A DNA stretch of 64,000 nucleotides, taken from assembly GCA_963422375.2 (NCBI GenBank), contig OY729427.2, forward strand, positions 1,728,001 to 1,792,000. The letters run 5' to 3'. The DNA comes from Bryobacterales bacterium. GTDB taxonomy: Bacteria > Acidobacteriota > Terriglobia > Bryobacterales > UBA6623. The position numbers and the translations under genes are program-made. The notes beneath the pieces are model-generated. The model worked only from the letters and a program-made list of their open reading frames with translations, was not told where the DNA came from and made no database searches. Numbering within the stretch: position 1 is the first letter of the stretch; each line of letters begins with the position of its first letter. Shown here in pieces: positions 10,575 through 19,413 of the stretch.

Positions 10575-13358
10575 TCACGGACAGGCGCCGCCGTCGATCA
10601 GTCCGACCTCGGCTCCGAGACCGTCCCTGACCTGCAGTCTGAGCGCGGTGTCCCCGCTCCTCGCCGCGACCTCGGTTCCGGGCTGCGAGTCGCTTAGGCA
10701 CCACTTGCCGCGGAGGACGAGTTCCAAGGTGTGCGGCGGCGCAACTTGACGTTCGAAACGCTCCGAACCGTAATCGACGCCCTGCACCGCGATGCGCTCC
10801 TTGTTGAACCTCCAGCCAATGTCTGGCACGCTGGCGGCCATGCGCACGCTGTCCGCGCCCTGCTGCACGATCACCGCCGCGTGGTGGCTGGCACTGCGAA
10901 CGAACTCGCCGGGCGGGGTCTCGACAAGCTCGTAGAAGGCATAGCCGCTAATCCCGTGTGCCGGGAAACGAACCAAGTGCATGCCGTCGGACTGCACGAT
11001 CCGGTAGTAGGCGCCGGGGTTGCCCGCGAGTTCCTGCAGCTTCCGGGCGTCCTCGTCGGCCGGTATCAGCACGTACTGGTAGCTGTGGCCCTCCGGCCTC
11101 ATACCGTGGTCGAGATAGGCCTGCGCGAAGGCGCCTTCGTTGGCCTCGAACTCTTCAGACATGCTCTTCTGCAGGCTCCGGGTGACCACGAGGTCCGCCG
11201 TGCTGGCAGCGAGAAAGTAGCTGTTGCCCACGCTGTCGACCATCGTCGCGGGACGGCTTCCGGGTTCCCGGAGATTGACGCCGAGCCCGGTTAGCGTCGT
11301 GCCGTTGAGGCCGGTCGCGGCGTTTGCCTCCGCTAGGCGCGTCTGGAAGATTGCTGTGTGCGTCGCGTGAGTCGGCGTGCCGCCGTGAATGTCGGTCCCT
11401 AGGGCCAGGACCCTGTCCCCTACGAAGAAATACGTCTTGCGCGCCCGCAGGTCGGTCGGAGCAATAAACGGCACGCCTTCTAGGTCCTGCGCGAAAAGCC
11501 CGTGATCGCCGAGCGTGACGCCGCCCACGAAGGTCTTGGAGTTGTAATTGCGCTGGGGATGCTTCAGACGGATGCCTTGGGCTCTCTGGAGTTCCTGCAC
11601 CCCCTGGCGCGTGCGGCTCTCGATCGGGTAGTGGCTGGCAGTAGTGCCCGGGACGTGATACCAGTCCCAGCCGTTGTCGAGATCGTAACCGGAGCCCAGC
11701 GCGCTGACCGGGGAGCCGGCGCTAAAGACCTGTAGCAGGCCGTAGGGCCAGTTTTGGCCGAAGCTATTCTCGCGGGTGCGTAACGGGGCCTCGAAGTCCC
11801 AGAAGTACTGGCTGAATCCCTTGGCCGTAACCAGCCAGTCGCCGCGGCGGAAGAATGCGGCTGCGGCGTAGGGCTTGATCCAGACGCCTTCCGGTATGGG
11901 GGCGGCCGCCTTCCCCGGACCCAGCAGATCGGCGAGCATGCGGTAGATCCCGAAGCCGCGGATCGGCACGCCGCGCTGCCCCTCGAAGTACCGGTGCCTG
12001 CCTGCCTCCGGCCACAGGCGCGGCCGGTCGAAAAACTCGCGCAGGCGAGCCTGCATCGCGAAATCGTTCGCTCCCTCCGGGTGCGCTAGGAAGGCCATGG
12101 CCTTGGAGATGGCGGTTGCCGCCCGCTCGCCGTTCGGGCCGATCAGCCGCCCCTGCAGAGCCGGCGTAACCGAATACTTCTGCACCATCGCGCGGTACGA
12201 CTCGAGCGCCAGCCGGACGGCCGCAACGTTCTCGGGCGTGTAGCAGCCCAAGCCCTTCGCGAGGTAGAGCAGCTGCGCGAAGGCCTCTAGGGCGTAAGGC
12301 CCGTAGGAGCCCATGTAGGCGGCCGCATGGTGGAAGGCCGTGCCGTCGGGCTTGATGATGCCCTGCGTTCCCGGCTTGACGGCCACATTCGCGGCGATCA
12401 CCCGCGCCAGCACGCCGGACATCTGGCTCCGCTCGGCCGGGTCGTCGATGAGCAGGAAATAAGGCCAGAAGTAGTCCACGAACAGTCGTACGCCGTCCGC
12501 ATTGAGATGGTTCCAGTCCTCGACCGGCAGCGGGTATTCGTGTATGACGGCCGCTTCCCGGCGAGCGCGCGGAAAAAACGCCGGGTACATCACGCCGTGA
12601 TTCACGACCATGTTGCGCACGACCGCGCGGTACTTGTCCAGCAGCCGCGCCCCGGCCAGGACCTCGCGCATCAGAAAGATGCCCTGAATGAATCCACCGA
12701 AGCGCAGCGAGACGGTGGACAGGTCGCCGGAAGGCCGGACGAGTCCCTCGGAAAGGGCCCGCCGACTGGCCCGACCGGCGTGATCCGGCATCCAAGCCGA
12801 TTCCGTCATGCCCCGGCTGTAACAGTACTCCAAGGCGCGGACATAGAGTTGCGCCAGCTCCGGATCGCGATAGTAGGGATTCGGCGCGGAGGCCGTGCCC
12901 GGCGTGCTGTAGGCGTAGGCGACTACCGGAAGAGCCTCGGAGAACAGCTCTAGGAACGCATTGTTTGCAGTGCGCACGGCAGCTTGGTTCGCGGCACTTT
13001 CTGCCGCGGTGCCCGTCTGCGATACGAAATAGACCTTCTGGTCCCCGCGTTCGTACGAAAACTCGGTGACCTTTCTCACGGCTCGGCGGAACATCGGCAG
13101 GACGGAGCGCCGCAGGACGCCTTCCGCAATGTCGACCTGCGAGTAGTCGCTCGGCTTGAACAGGAGCAGGTCGCTATATCTCGCGGCCAGTTCCTCCGGG
13201 CGGGGCGTGGCGCCCGCGAGCGCGGGCACTAGGAGCGCAAGGGCGAGCATGCCCGGCAGCCGCGGCGGCAGGGCAAGAAGACACCGAACATCGCGGCCTT
13301 GCAGTCCAGAAACCCGCTTCCAGACGCGACATTCCGGTGCTCGGCAAATTGCCGACAC
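10575..13358 (-). CDS. Polysaccharide lyase family 8 (chondroitin ABC/AC or hyaluronate lyase-like), secreted; real start probably ATG at 13250
   Basis: IKPDGTAFHHAAAYMGSY catalytic His/Tyr region; GWDWYHVPGTT, FVGGV, RARKTYFFVGDRVLALG, AYLDHG...YQYVLIP. Signal-like MLALALLVPALA. Confidence 0.85.
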   Translation of the reverse strand: MSAICRAPECRVWKRVSGLQGRDVRCLLALPPRLPGMLALALLVPALAGATPRPEELAARYSDLLLFKPSDYSQVDIAEGVLRRSVLPMFRRAVRKVTEFSYERGDQKVYFVSQTGTAAESAANQAAVRTANNAFLELFSEALPVVAYAYSTPGTASAPNPYYRDPELAQLYVRALEYCYSRGMTESAWMPDHAGRASRRALSEGLVRPSGDLSTVSLRFGGFIQGIFLMREVLAGARLLDKYRAVVRNMVVNHGVMYPAFFPRARREAAVIHEYPLPVEDWNHLNADGVRLFVDYFWPYFLLIDDPAERSQMSGVLARVIAANVAVKPGTQGIIKPDGTAFHHAAAYMGSYGPYALEAFAQLLYLAKGLGCYTPENVAAVRLALESYRAMVQKYSVTPALQGRLIGPNGERAATAISKAMAFLAHPEGANDFAMQARLREFFDRPRLWPEAGRHRYFEGQRGVPIRGFGIYRMLADLLGPGKAAAPIPEGVWIKPYAAAAFFRRGDWLVTAKGFSQYFWDFEAPLRTRENSFGQNWPYGLLQVFSAGSPVSALGSGYDLDNGWDWYHVPGTTASHYPIESRTRQGVQELQRAQGIRLKHPQRNYNSKTFVGGVTLGDHGLFAQDLEGVPFIAPTDLRARKTYFFVGDRVLALGTDIHGGTPTHATHTAIFQTRLAEANAATGLNGTTLTGLGVNLREPGSRPATMVDSVGNSYFLAASTADLVVTRSLQKSMSEEFEANEGAFAQAYLDHGMRPEGHSYQYVLIPADEDARKLQELAGNPGAYYRIVQSDGMHLVRFPAHGISGYAFYELVETPPGEFVRSASHHAAVIVQQGADSVRMAASVPDIGWRFNKERIAVQGVDYGSERFERQVAPPHTLELVLRGKWCLSDSQPGTEVAARSGDTALRLQVRDGLGAEVGLIDGGACP

Positions 13359-13472
13359 TAGCTCTAGCCGACTGCAGCGGCACTGCGTTCCGCCGGCACG
13401 CCACCCCCGCGTGCCAAGTCACGCCCTCGGAGCGCGACGCCGGGCATGACAATGCCGCTTCCATGTTAGCGG

Positions 13473-14182
13473 CCTTGAGCCCCGCTTAAGCAGCCGGAAA
13501 TCGCGAAAAATCTGGTTTCGACAGATTTTCGGGATCAGACTGACAATTCCCGCACAATCACCAAACTGACGCACCCGGTCCAAGACCGGTTTCCGGCGTG
13601 CCGCCGCGCCTCCCCCGGCAGCAGCTGGTACGGCAGCAGCCGCAGTAGCAACTGCGCGCTCTGCCCGCACAAGTGGAACGCCTGGTTCGCCGCGTACGAC
13701 TTGCATGGCGGATGGTGCAGCCCCCAGTCCGTCAGCGGCCCCTTCCGCGTGTTCTCCTGCCCCTGCTTGCTGCGATGCCCCCGCACCAGCTCCGCCACCG
13801 GCAGATCGTCGCGGCTGACCAGCATCACCGTGTACCGCGGCTCCAGCAGCCCCTGTTCCCCTGCGTACAACTGCCGCACCACCACGTACGCCTTTTATGT
13901 TAGAGAGGTGCCGGAGAGAGGGATGGCCGCGACCGCCTCGGATCCTCTCTCCCTTGTGCCGCAGGTGGCGCAAGCCACCTCTGCGGCAGGTAACGGATCC
14001 CTCCCCGCCTCAGCGCGGGGAGGCCGCCGGAGGGGCCTGGCCAGGCCCCTCCGGCGGCGGCGGGTCGGACCGTACACGCCTTGGGTCCACGGACCCGTGG
14101 ACGAGCTTGGTCGGCCCGCCGCAACGCTTCCTGCGCGGCCTGCACGGAAGCATGGGGTAACCGCCCCGCAGGGCAAAAGGAA
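13473..14182 (-). mobile_element. IS1380-family transposase remnant (internally deleted)
   Basis: C-terminal fragment VRGHRSKQGQENTRKG...GLHHPPCKSYAANQAF...AQLLLR (13535-13885). Truncated by the IS1595 end at 14183. Confidence 0.65.
14023..14058. repeat. Perfect 36-bp palindrome with no loop
   Basis: GCCGCCGGAGGGGCCTGG followed directly by CCAGGCCCCTCCGGCGGC. Confidence 0.95.
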
Positions 14183-15652
14183 GGGAATTATATATCTGAG
14201 TGCCGAGGCAACCGATTTGGCAAATTATCAATCCATAAATCAATTTGATATTTCCTCCGGATATCTGTTGAAATTCTGTGGAGTTTCTTGATAGAATAGT
14301 TCCAATATAGGAGGTCTTCGTTGAAGAAGTCGAAGCAGAAAGGTCCCGGGAATTGGTTTCGTAAAGGCATCACTCTGATTGAAGTGATCGCCATGTTCCG
14401 CGATGACGAATCCGCGGAAAAGTGGTTCGCCTCCATGCGCTGGCCGGACGGTCCGGAATGCCCCCGCTGCCGCGGCTGCGGCAAGCGCTTTTCCGTGCGC
14501 GCCGGCAGCGTGACGGCCGACACCAAGCTCGGCTACCGCACCCGGGCCGTCGCCCTGTTCCTGCTGACCACCGGCATCAAGGGCGTCTCGAGCATGAAGC
14601 TGCACCGCGACCCGGGAATCAGCCGGAAGTCGGCCTGGCACCTCGCGCACCGCATCCGCGCGTGCCGGGAGCGCGAACAGGGCCTGTTCGCCGGCCCGGC
14701 GGAGGCGGACGAGACCTGCGTCGGCGGCAAGGAACGCAACAAGCACGAGAGGAAGAAGGCCCGCGCCGGGCGCGGGCCCGTCGGCAAGACCCCGGTGGCG
14801 GGGGCGCGGGACCGCGCCACGAACGCAGTGGCCGCGCGGCCGCTGCCGGGCACCGCCAAGGGCGACCTGCAGGGCTTCGCGCGCGGCCGGGTCGCGCCGG
14901 GCGCGCAGGTCCGCTCCGACGAGGCGGCGGCCTGCGCCGGCATGGAGGAGTTCCCGCACGAAGCCGTCAGGCATTCCGGCGGCGAGTACGTGCGCGGGGC
15001 GGCGCATACGAACGGCATCGAGTCGTTTGGGTCCCTGTTCAAGCGCGGCCTGTACGGAACCTATCACCGGATGAGCGTCCGTCATCCGGGTCGCTACCTC
15101 GCCGAATTCGCGGGACGGTGCAACGACCGCGACTGCGACACGGCGGAACAGATGCGACGCATGGCGCGGGGCCTGGTCGGCCGGACGCTGACCTACCGGC
15201 AGCTGACCGGCAAGGCCGCGGTCGCGGCCCGAGCGGCGCCCTCCGAGCTGAGCGCCGCAGCCCGCTGCCGACGCACTCTTCACGCTCGATGCGCTTCACG
15301 CTCGGTGCGAGGGCCGCGCCGGATCTGGAATCCCCCGGCGCGACCCGAGTCCGGCCCGGACCGTCCGTGCAGGCCGTCGAGCGCCGGGGATCCGCTGTCT
15401 TCGGCCCTCGGAGGGCACGCAATCGGCTTGCAAGGGGTGCCCCCCACCGCAAACCGGATTCCACCGGGCATGCGAGGGGGCCTCTCTTATCCGTGCCTCG
15501 TCCATTCCGCTGGCAGGTTCGATTCAGATACGATCCCACCTTGCTGTGCCTACCGCGTCCGCATTCGAATGCCCCGAGCCAGACGCCGACCTCCCTGATC
15601 AGAGCAGTTCTCGTCGGACATGGCGTTGTCGGCACTCAGATATATAATTCCC
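14183..15652 (+). mobile_element. IS1595 type A copy 3, both IRs, no TSD; transposase ORF 14321-15598 with Zn-ribbon deletion
   Basis: IRs at 14183 and 15652. The segment between the two RCRG repeats of the other copies is missing. Flanks AAAAGGAA and AAACATTA differ. Confidence 0.92.
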
Positions 15653-15863
15653 AAACATTATACCGCGTTGCTAGCACGAGAATAGAGTTTGCCGCGGGGA
15701 CAAAGACTAGGCACGTTAAGCCGTATAGGATAATCCCGGCAATTGCGGAGCGAAAGAATACATGGTAGCCGGAGTCACGAAGAAGCGCAAACCTAGTGGC
15801 ATGGCACCGGACTAAGAAATAGTATCCTGCGAGAGCAGGGAGAAGGAATTGACCAAGATTCAA
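15653..15863 (-). pseudogene. N-terminal fragment of a low-GC hypothetical membrane protein, truncated by IS1595
   Basis: MNLGQFLLPALAGYYFL...RDSGYHVFFRSAIAGIILYGL with two hydrophobic segments; reads directly into the IS IR. Confidence 0.7.
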
Positions 15864-15901
15864 GACAATGGACTCCGTGCTTGACCGCCGGTGTTGACCT
15901 G

Positions 15902-16099
15902 CTAGTCGGAGTCCTCCGCCCCCTTCTCGCTTGCTTTGTCGCTCTGCACGAGGGCCGACGCGGCCCGCATGAGCTCTCTCGCTGCCTCGCTACGCAGCAA
16001 CTCCTCGGGCTTGATGTAGAACGTCCCCCTGTTACTGAGATAGACCGTGGGCTTGTCAAGCACACGTGCGCCTTGTGATGGTGTGGACTTGCGTGGCAT
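15902..16099 (-). CDS. Small hypothetical protein upstream of the truncated membrane protein
   Basis: 65-aa ORF with protein-like composition (PTVYLSNRGTFYIKPEELLRSEAARELM), co-oriented and 38 bp upstream of 15863. Confidence 0.55.
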   Translation of the reverse strand: MPRKSTPSQGARVLDKPTVYLSNRGTFYIKPEELLRSEAARELMRAASALVQSDKASEKGAEDSD

Positions 16100-16253
16100 G
16101 CTGGATGGATTCGTTCAGGGATGTGACTGGCTCTCCCGATGGCCGAGGCCCCGGCTAGCGCTGCCGTTCCTTGGTCCCAGATCTTGAGCGCGGATAACCG
16201 GTGCAACGATACCACTCTGAGTGTCTCACGGCCCGGGCGGAGGGACCCGACTA

Positions 16254-16850
16254 TGGCCCTCCGGGCTACTCATGAATTATCCGGGCTAGGAGCCACCGAG
16301 GCGGCCTTGAAGTACAGGGAGCTGTGGCGCGTGGAGCGCTGCTTCCGCGAGTCGAAGTCGCTGCTGCGGACGCGCCCGGCGTTCCACTGGACGGACAAGG
16401 CGATTCGGGGGCACGTGTTCCGCTCGTTCCTGGCCTTGGTGCTGAAGCAGGACCTGCAGCGGCGCCTGCGGGAGGCCGGCGCGGCGGCGGAACGGGCGGA
16501 CCTGATACGGGGCTTGGAGCGGTTGCAGGAGATGGTGATCGAGGCGCAGGGCAAGCGCTTCGCGCTGCGCACGCAGGCGAGCGAGGCGGTGAAGCGGGCG
16601 CTGAGCTGCGTGGGAGCGTGCCTGCCGCCGCCACTGTGCCGGGACGAGGGCGGCGACCTGACTGTCTGAATGGAGGCGGGGCATCCCGGCCGACTGGCAC
16701 CACGGAGAGGAGGCGCACGAAGGAGCCAAGCTGACCACAAACCCCGAGCGATGGCACCCGGCGGTCACCGGCGCGGTGCTAATTCGCCCCTGCCGCAGCT
16801 CCTAAGTTGTTGAAGCACCGATACTTGCAATGTCAAACTGTCGAAGACCA
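16254..16850 (+). mobile_element. IS1634-family transposase 3' remnant with right end
   Basis: YRELWRVERCFRESKSLLRTRPAFHWTDKAIRGHVFRSFLALVL; the N-terminal part is absent. Confidence 0.8.
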
Positions 16851-16901
16851 GCCAAGCTGCCAGCGTCGCGCAGTCCGCGCTCGAGGAGAGATGCAGACAA
16901 G

Positions 16902-18338
16902 CTATGCCAGCATCGACTGCACCACGTTTCCCCCGATGTCCGTGAGACGGAAGTCGCGCCCCATGTGCCGGAACGTCAGGCGCATGTGGTCGAGTCCCAG
17001 GCAGTGCAGGATCGTCGCCTGCAGGTCATGCACGTGAACGGGGTCCTCGACGACCTCCAAGCCGAGCTCGTCGGTTCTGCCCACGACCTGCCCCCCGCGT
17101 AGGCCGCCTCCTGCGGCCCATGCGCTGAAGCAATCGGCGTGGTGGTCGCGCCCCGCCGCTTCGTCGACCCGTTCGAGCTGTCCTAGGGGCGTGCGCCCGA
17201 ATTCGCCCGCCCACACCACCAAGGTGGAGTCGAGCAGGCCGCGCTGCTTGAGATCCCTGAGGAGCGCGCCCGCCGGCTGGTCGGTAATCGCGCAGTTCCG
17301 GCCCAGCTTCCTGTCGATCTCTTGGTGGTCGTCCCAGCTCGCGTGCGCCAGCATGACGAACCGCACTCCCTTCTCGACCATTCGCCGGGCCAGCAGGCAG
17401 TTGGTCGCGTACGGATGTGTCGGGTCCTTGCCCACTCCGTACATCTCTAGCGTCGCTTGCGACTCCTTCGAGAAATCGAGCAGGTCCGGCGCCGCCGACT
17501 GCATGCGGAACGCGAGTTCGTACGACTGGATGCGCGCAGCGATCTCAGTGTCCCCGGTGACGGCGTAGCGCTCCGAGTTGAGCTGCCGGATTGCGTCGAG
17601 CCGCGCCCGCTGCGTCCGGTCGCTGACACCCTCGGGATTCTTCAGGTACAGGATGGGCTCGCCGGCGCTGCGGAATACGACGCCTTGGTAGGTCGAGGCG
17701 AGAAACCCGTTGGACCAGTTGCTTGACCCGCCGCTCGAGCCCCGCCCGGAACTCAGCACGACGAATGCGGGCAGGTTCTCGGACTCGCTCCCCAGCCCGT
17801 AGGAAACCCAGGCTCCGACGGTCGGCCGCCCCAGCTGCTGGCTGCCGCTCATCAGCAGTGCTTGGCCGGGATGGTGGTTGAACGCCTCGGTATGCATGGA
17901 ACGCACCAGGCAGATGTCGTCCGCCCGCGAAGCGATATGGGGGATGTAGTCGGAGAACTCCGTGCCGCTGTCGCCGTGAGGACGGAACTCCCGCGGGCTG
18001 GCCAGCACCTTGGCGCTCGGCTTGACGAAGGCCAGCTGCAGGTCCCGAGTCAGGGCTTCGGGCAGGGGCTCGCCGTGCCATTGGCGCAGCGCGGGCTTCG
18101 GATCGTACAGGTCGATCTGGCTGGGCGCGCCGGCCATGAATAGGAAGATGACACTCGTCGCAGTCGGGGCGAAATGGGGCGGCCGCGGCGCGAGAGGATT
18201 CGCTGTTCCGGGCTCGGCGGCAGCTGCGGCGTCCCCGTGGACCATGAGGTACGCCAGTGCGGCTGCGTCCAAGCCGCCCGCGCATTGCCGCAGGAAGTGC
18301 CGTCGCGTCCGAATGGCGCGGTACTCGCCGAGATCCAT
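16902..18338 (-). CDS. DUF1501 domain protein (sulfatase-like, Tat)
   Basis: TRRHFL, VIFLFMAGAPSQIDLYDPKP, CLLARRMVEKGVRFV, GEFGRTP, GRDHH, GRDFRLTD. Confidence 0.92.
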   Translation of the reverse strand: MDLGEYRAIRTRRHFLRQCAGGLDAAALAYLMVHGDAAAAAEPGTANPLAPRPPHFAPTATSVIFLFMAGAPSQIDLYDPKPALRQWHGEPLPEALTRDLQLAFVKPSAKVLASPREFRPHGDSGTEFSDYIPHIASRADDICLVRSMHTEAFNHHPGQALLMSGSQQLGRPTVGAWVSYGLGSESENLPAFVVLSSGRGSSGGSSNWSNGFLASTYQGVVFRSAGEPILYLKNPEGVSDRTQRARLDAIRQLNSERYAVTGDTEIAARIQSYELAFRMQSAAPDLLDFSKESQATLEMYGVGKDPTHPYATNCLLARRMVEKGVRFVMLAHASWDDHQEIDRKLGRNCAITDQPAGALLRDLKQRGLLDSTLVVWAGEFGRTPLGQLERVDEAAGRDHHADCFSAWAAGGGLRGGQVVGRTDELGLEVVEDPVHVHDLQATILHCLGLDHMRLTFRHMGRDFRLTDIGGNVVQSMLA

Positions 18339-18345
18339 TGCCGGT

Positions 18346-19392
18346 CCTGATTACCCACAAGACTCAGCCAAGGTTAGGAGGCGGTACGGCATGGGCGGGG
18401 TGCGCACGGAGGCGTGGGGCAGGCGGGGGACCAGCGCCTCGAGATCGTAGCGGCGGTTGAAGCGGTAGCGGAACTCGGCGAGGTAGCGCGGCAGGTGCTT
18501 GCCGTCGAACGCATGGCAGGTTCCCGCCAGGGACTGCTTGACGTTCCCCAGCATCGTGTTGACCCGGACGAAGCGGGAATCCGCGCAGCTCCGCTGCCCG
18601 CCTCCGGTGACGGTCGGCACGTGCTCGCAGCCGGCGCCGGCCACGCCCCGCAAGCAGGCCGGGCCGTCGGCATGCACCTCCGTGCCGGGCTGCAAGTGCC
18701 GCCCGGCCCACGCTGCCAGCGTCTTCTTGCGGAAGCCCGCCACGCTGCTCATGCGCATCCTTGCCGGCTGGCCGGCGGCGCTGACCTGCACGGCGGCGAC
18801 GAACGGCGTCTTGCCCGCCGCGCCGCGACCGCGCTTGCCGCCGCTCCGCTGCCCGCCCCAGCAGGCGTCGTCCACTTGCACGATGCCGCCCAGCGGCACG
18901 CGCTCGTCGCACTCCTTCAGCACTGGCAGGAGCTTATGCTGCACCTTCCAGGCCGTGTCTTCCAGGCCGTGTTCCGGCTTACGCCCAGCTGCCGCGCCAG
19001 TTCCAGCGACGAAACGCCGTGCTGGCCCTGCGTCAGCAGGTGGAGCGCCAGCAACCGGACGGTCAGCGGCAGCTTGGTGGCGGCGAAGATCGTGCCGGCG
19101 ACGAAGGAGGTCCGGCGGTGGCAGGCATGGCACTGCCAGAGCTTGCGGGAGCGGATGCGGCAGTGCCGGCGGGAGCCGCACTCCGGGCAGCGGAAGCCGT
19201 CCGGCCAGCGGGCCTTGAAGACGGCCTGCTCGCATTGCCCCTCGCTGCCGTAGCGCTGCAGGAACTTGCCCGGGCTGAGTCCCTTCTGGAATTGCACGCG
19301 ATTGCGTTTCATCAGCTATCCCCTTTCCTGTCAGAGGTTTCCGACCTCCTCCAGTATAGCATATCCTCGGCTGACGTTCGTTGGTAATCAGG
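18346..19392 (-). mobile_element. IS1595 type B copy 2, full length with 8-bp TSD; transposase frameshifted
   Basis: IRs CCTGATTACC / GGTAATCAGG. TTGCCGGT at 18338-18345 and 19393-19400. A 14-bp duplication at 18945-18972 splits the ORF. Confidence 0.95.
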
Positions 19393-19413
19393 TTGCCGGT
19401 TGCCCTCTGCAGC

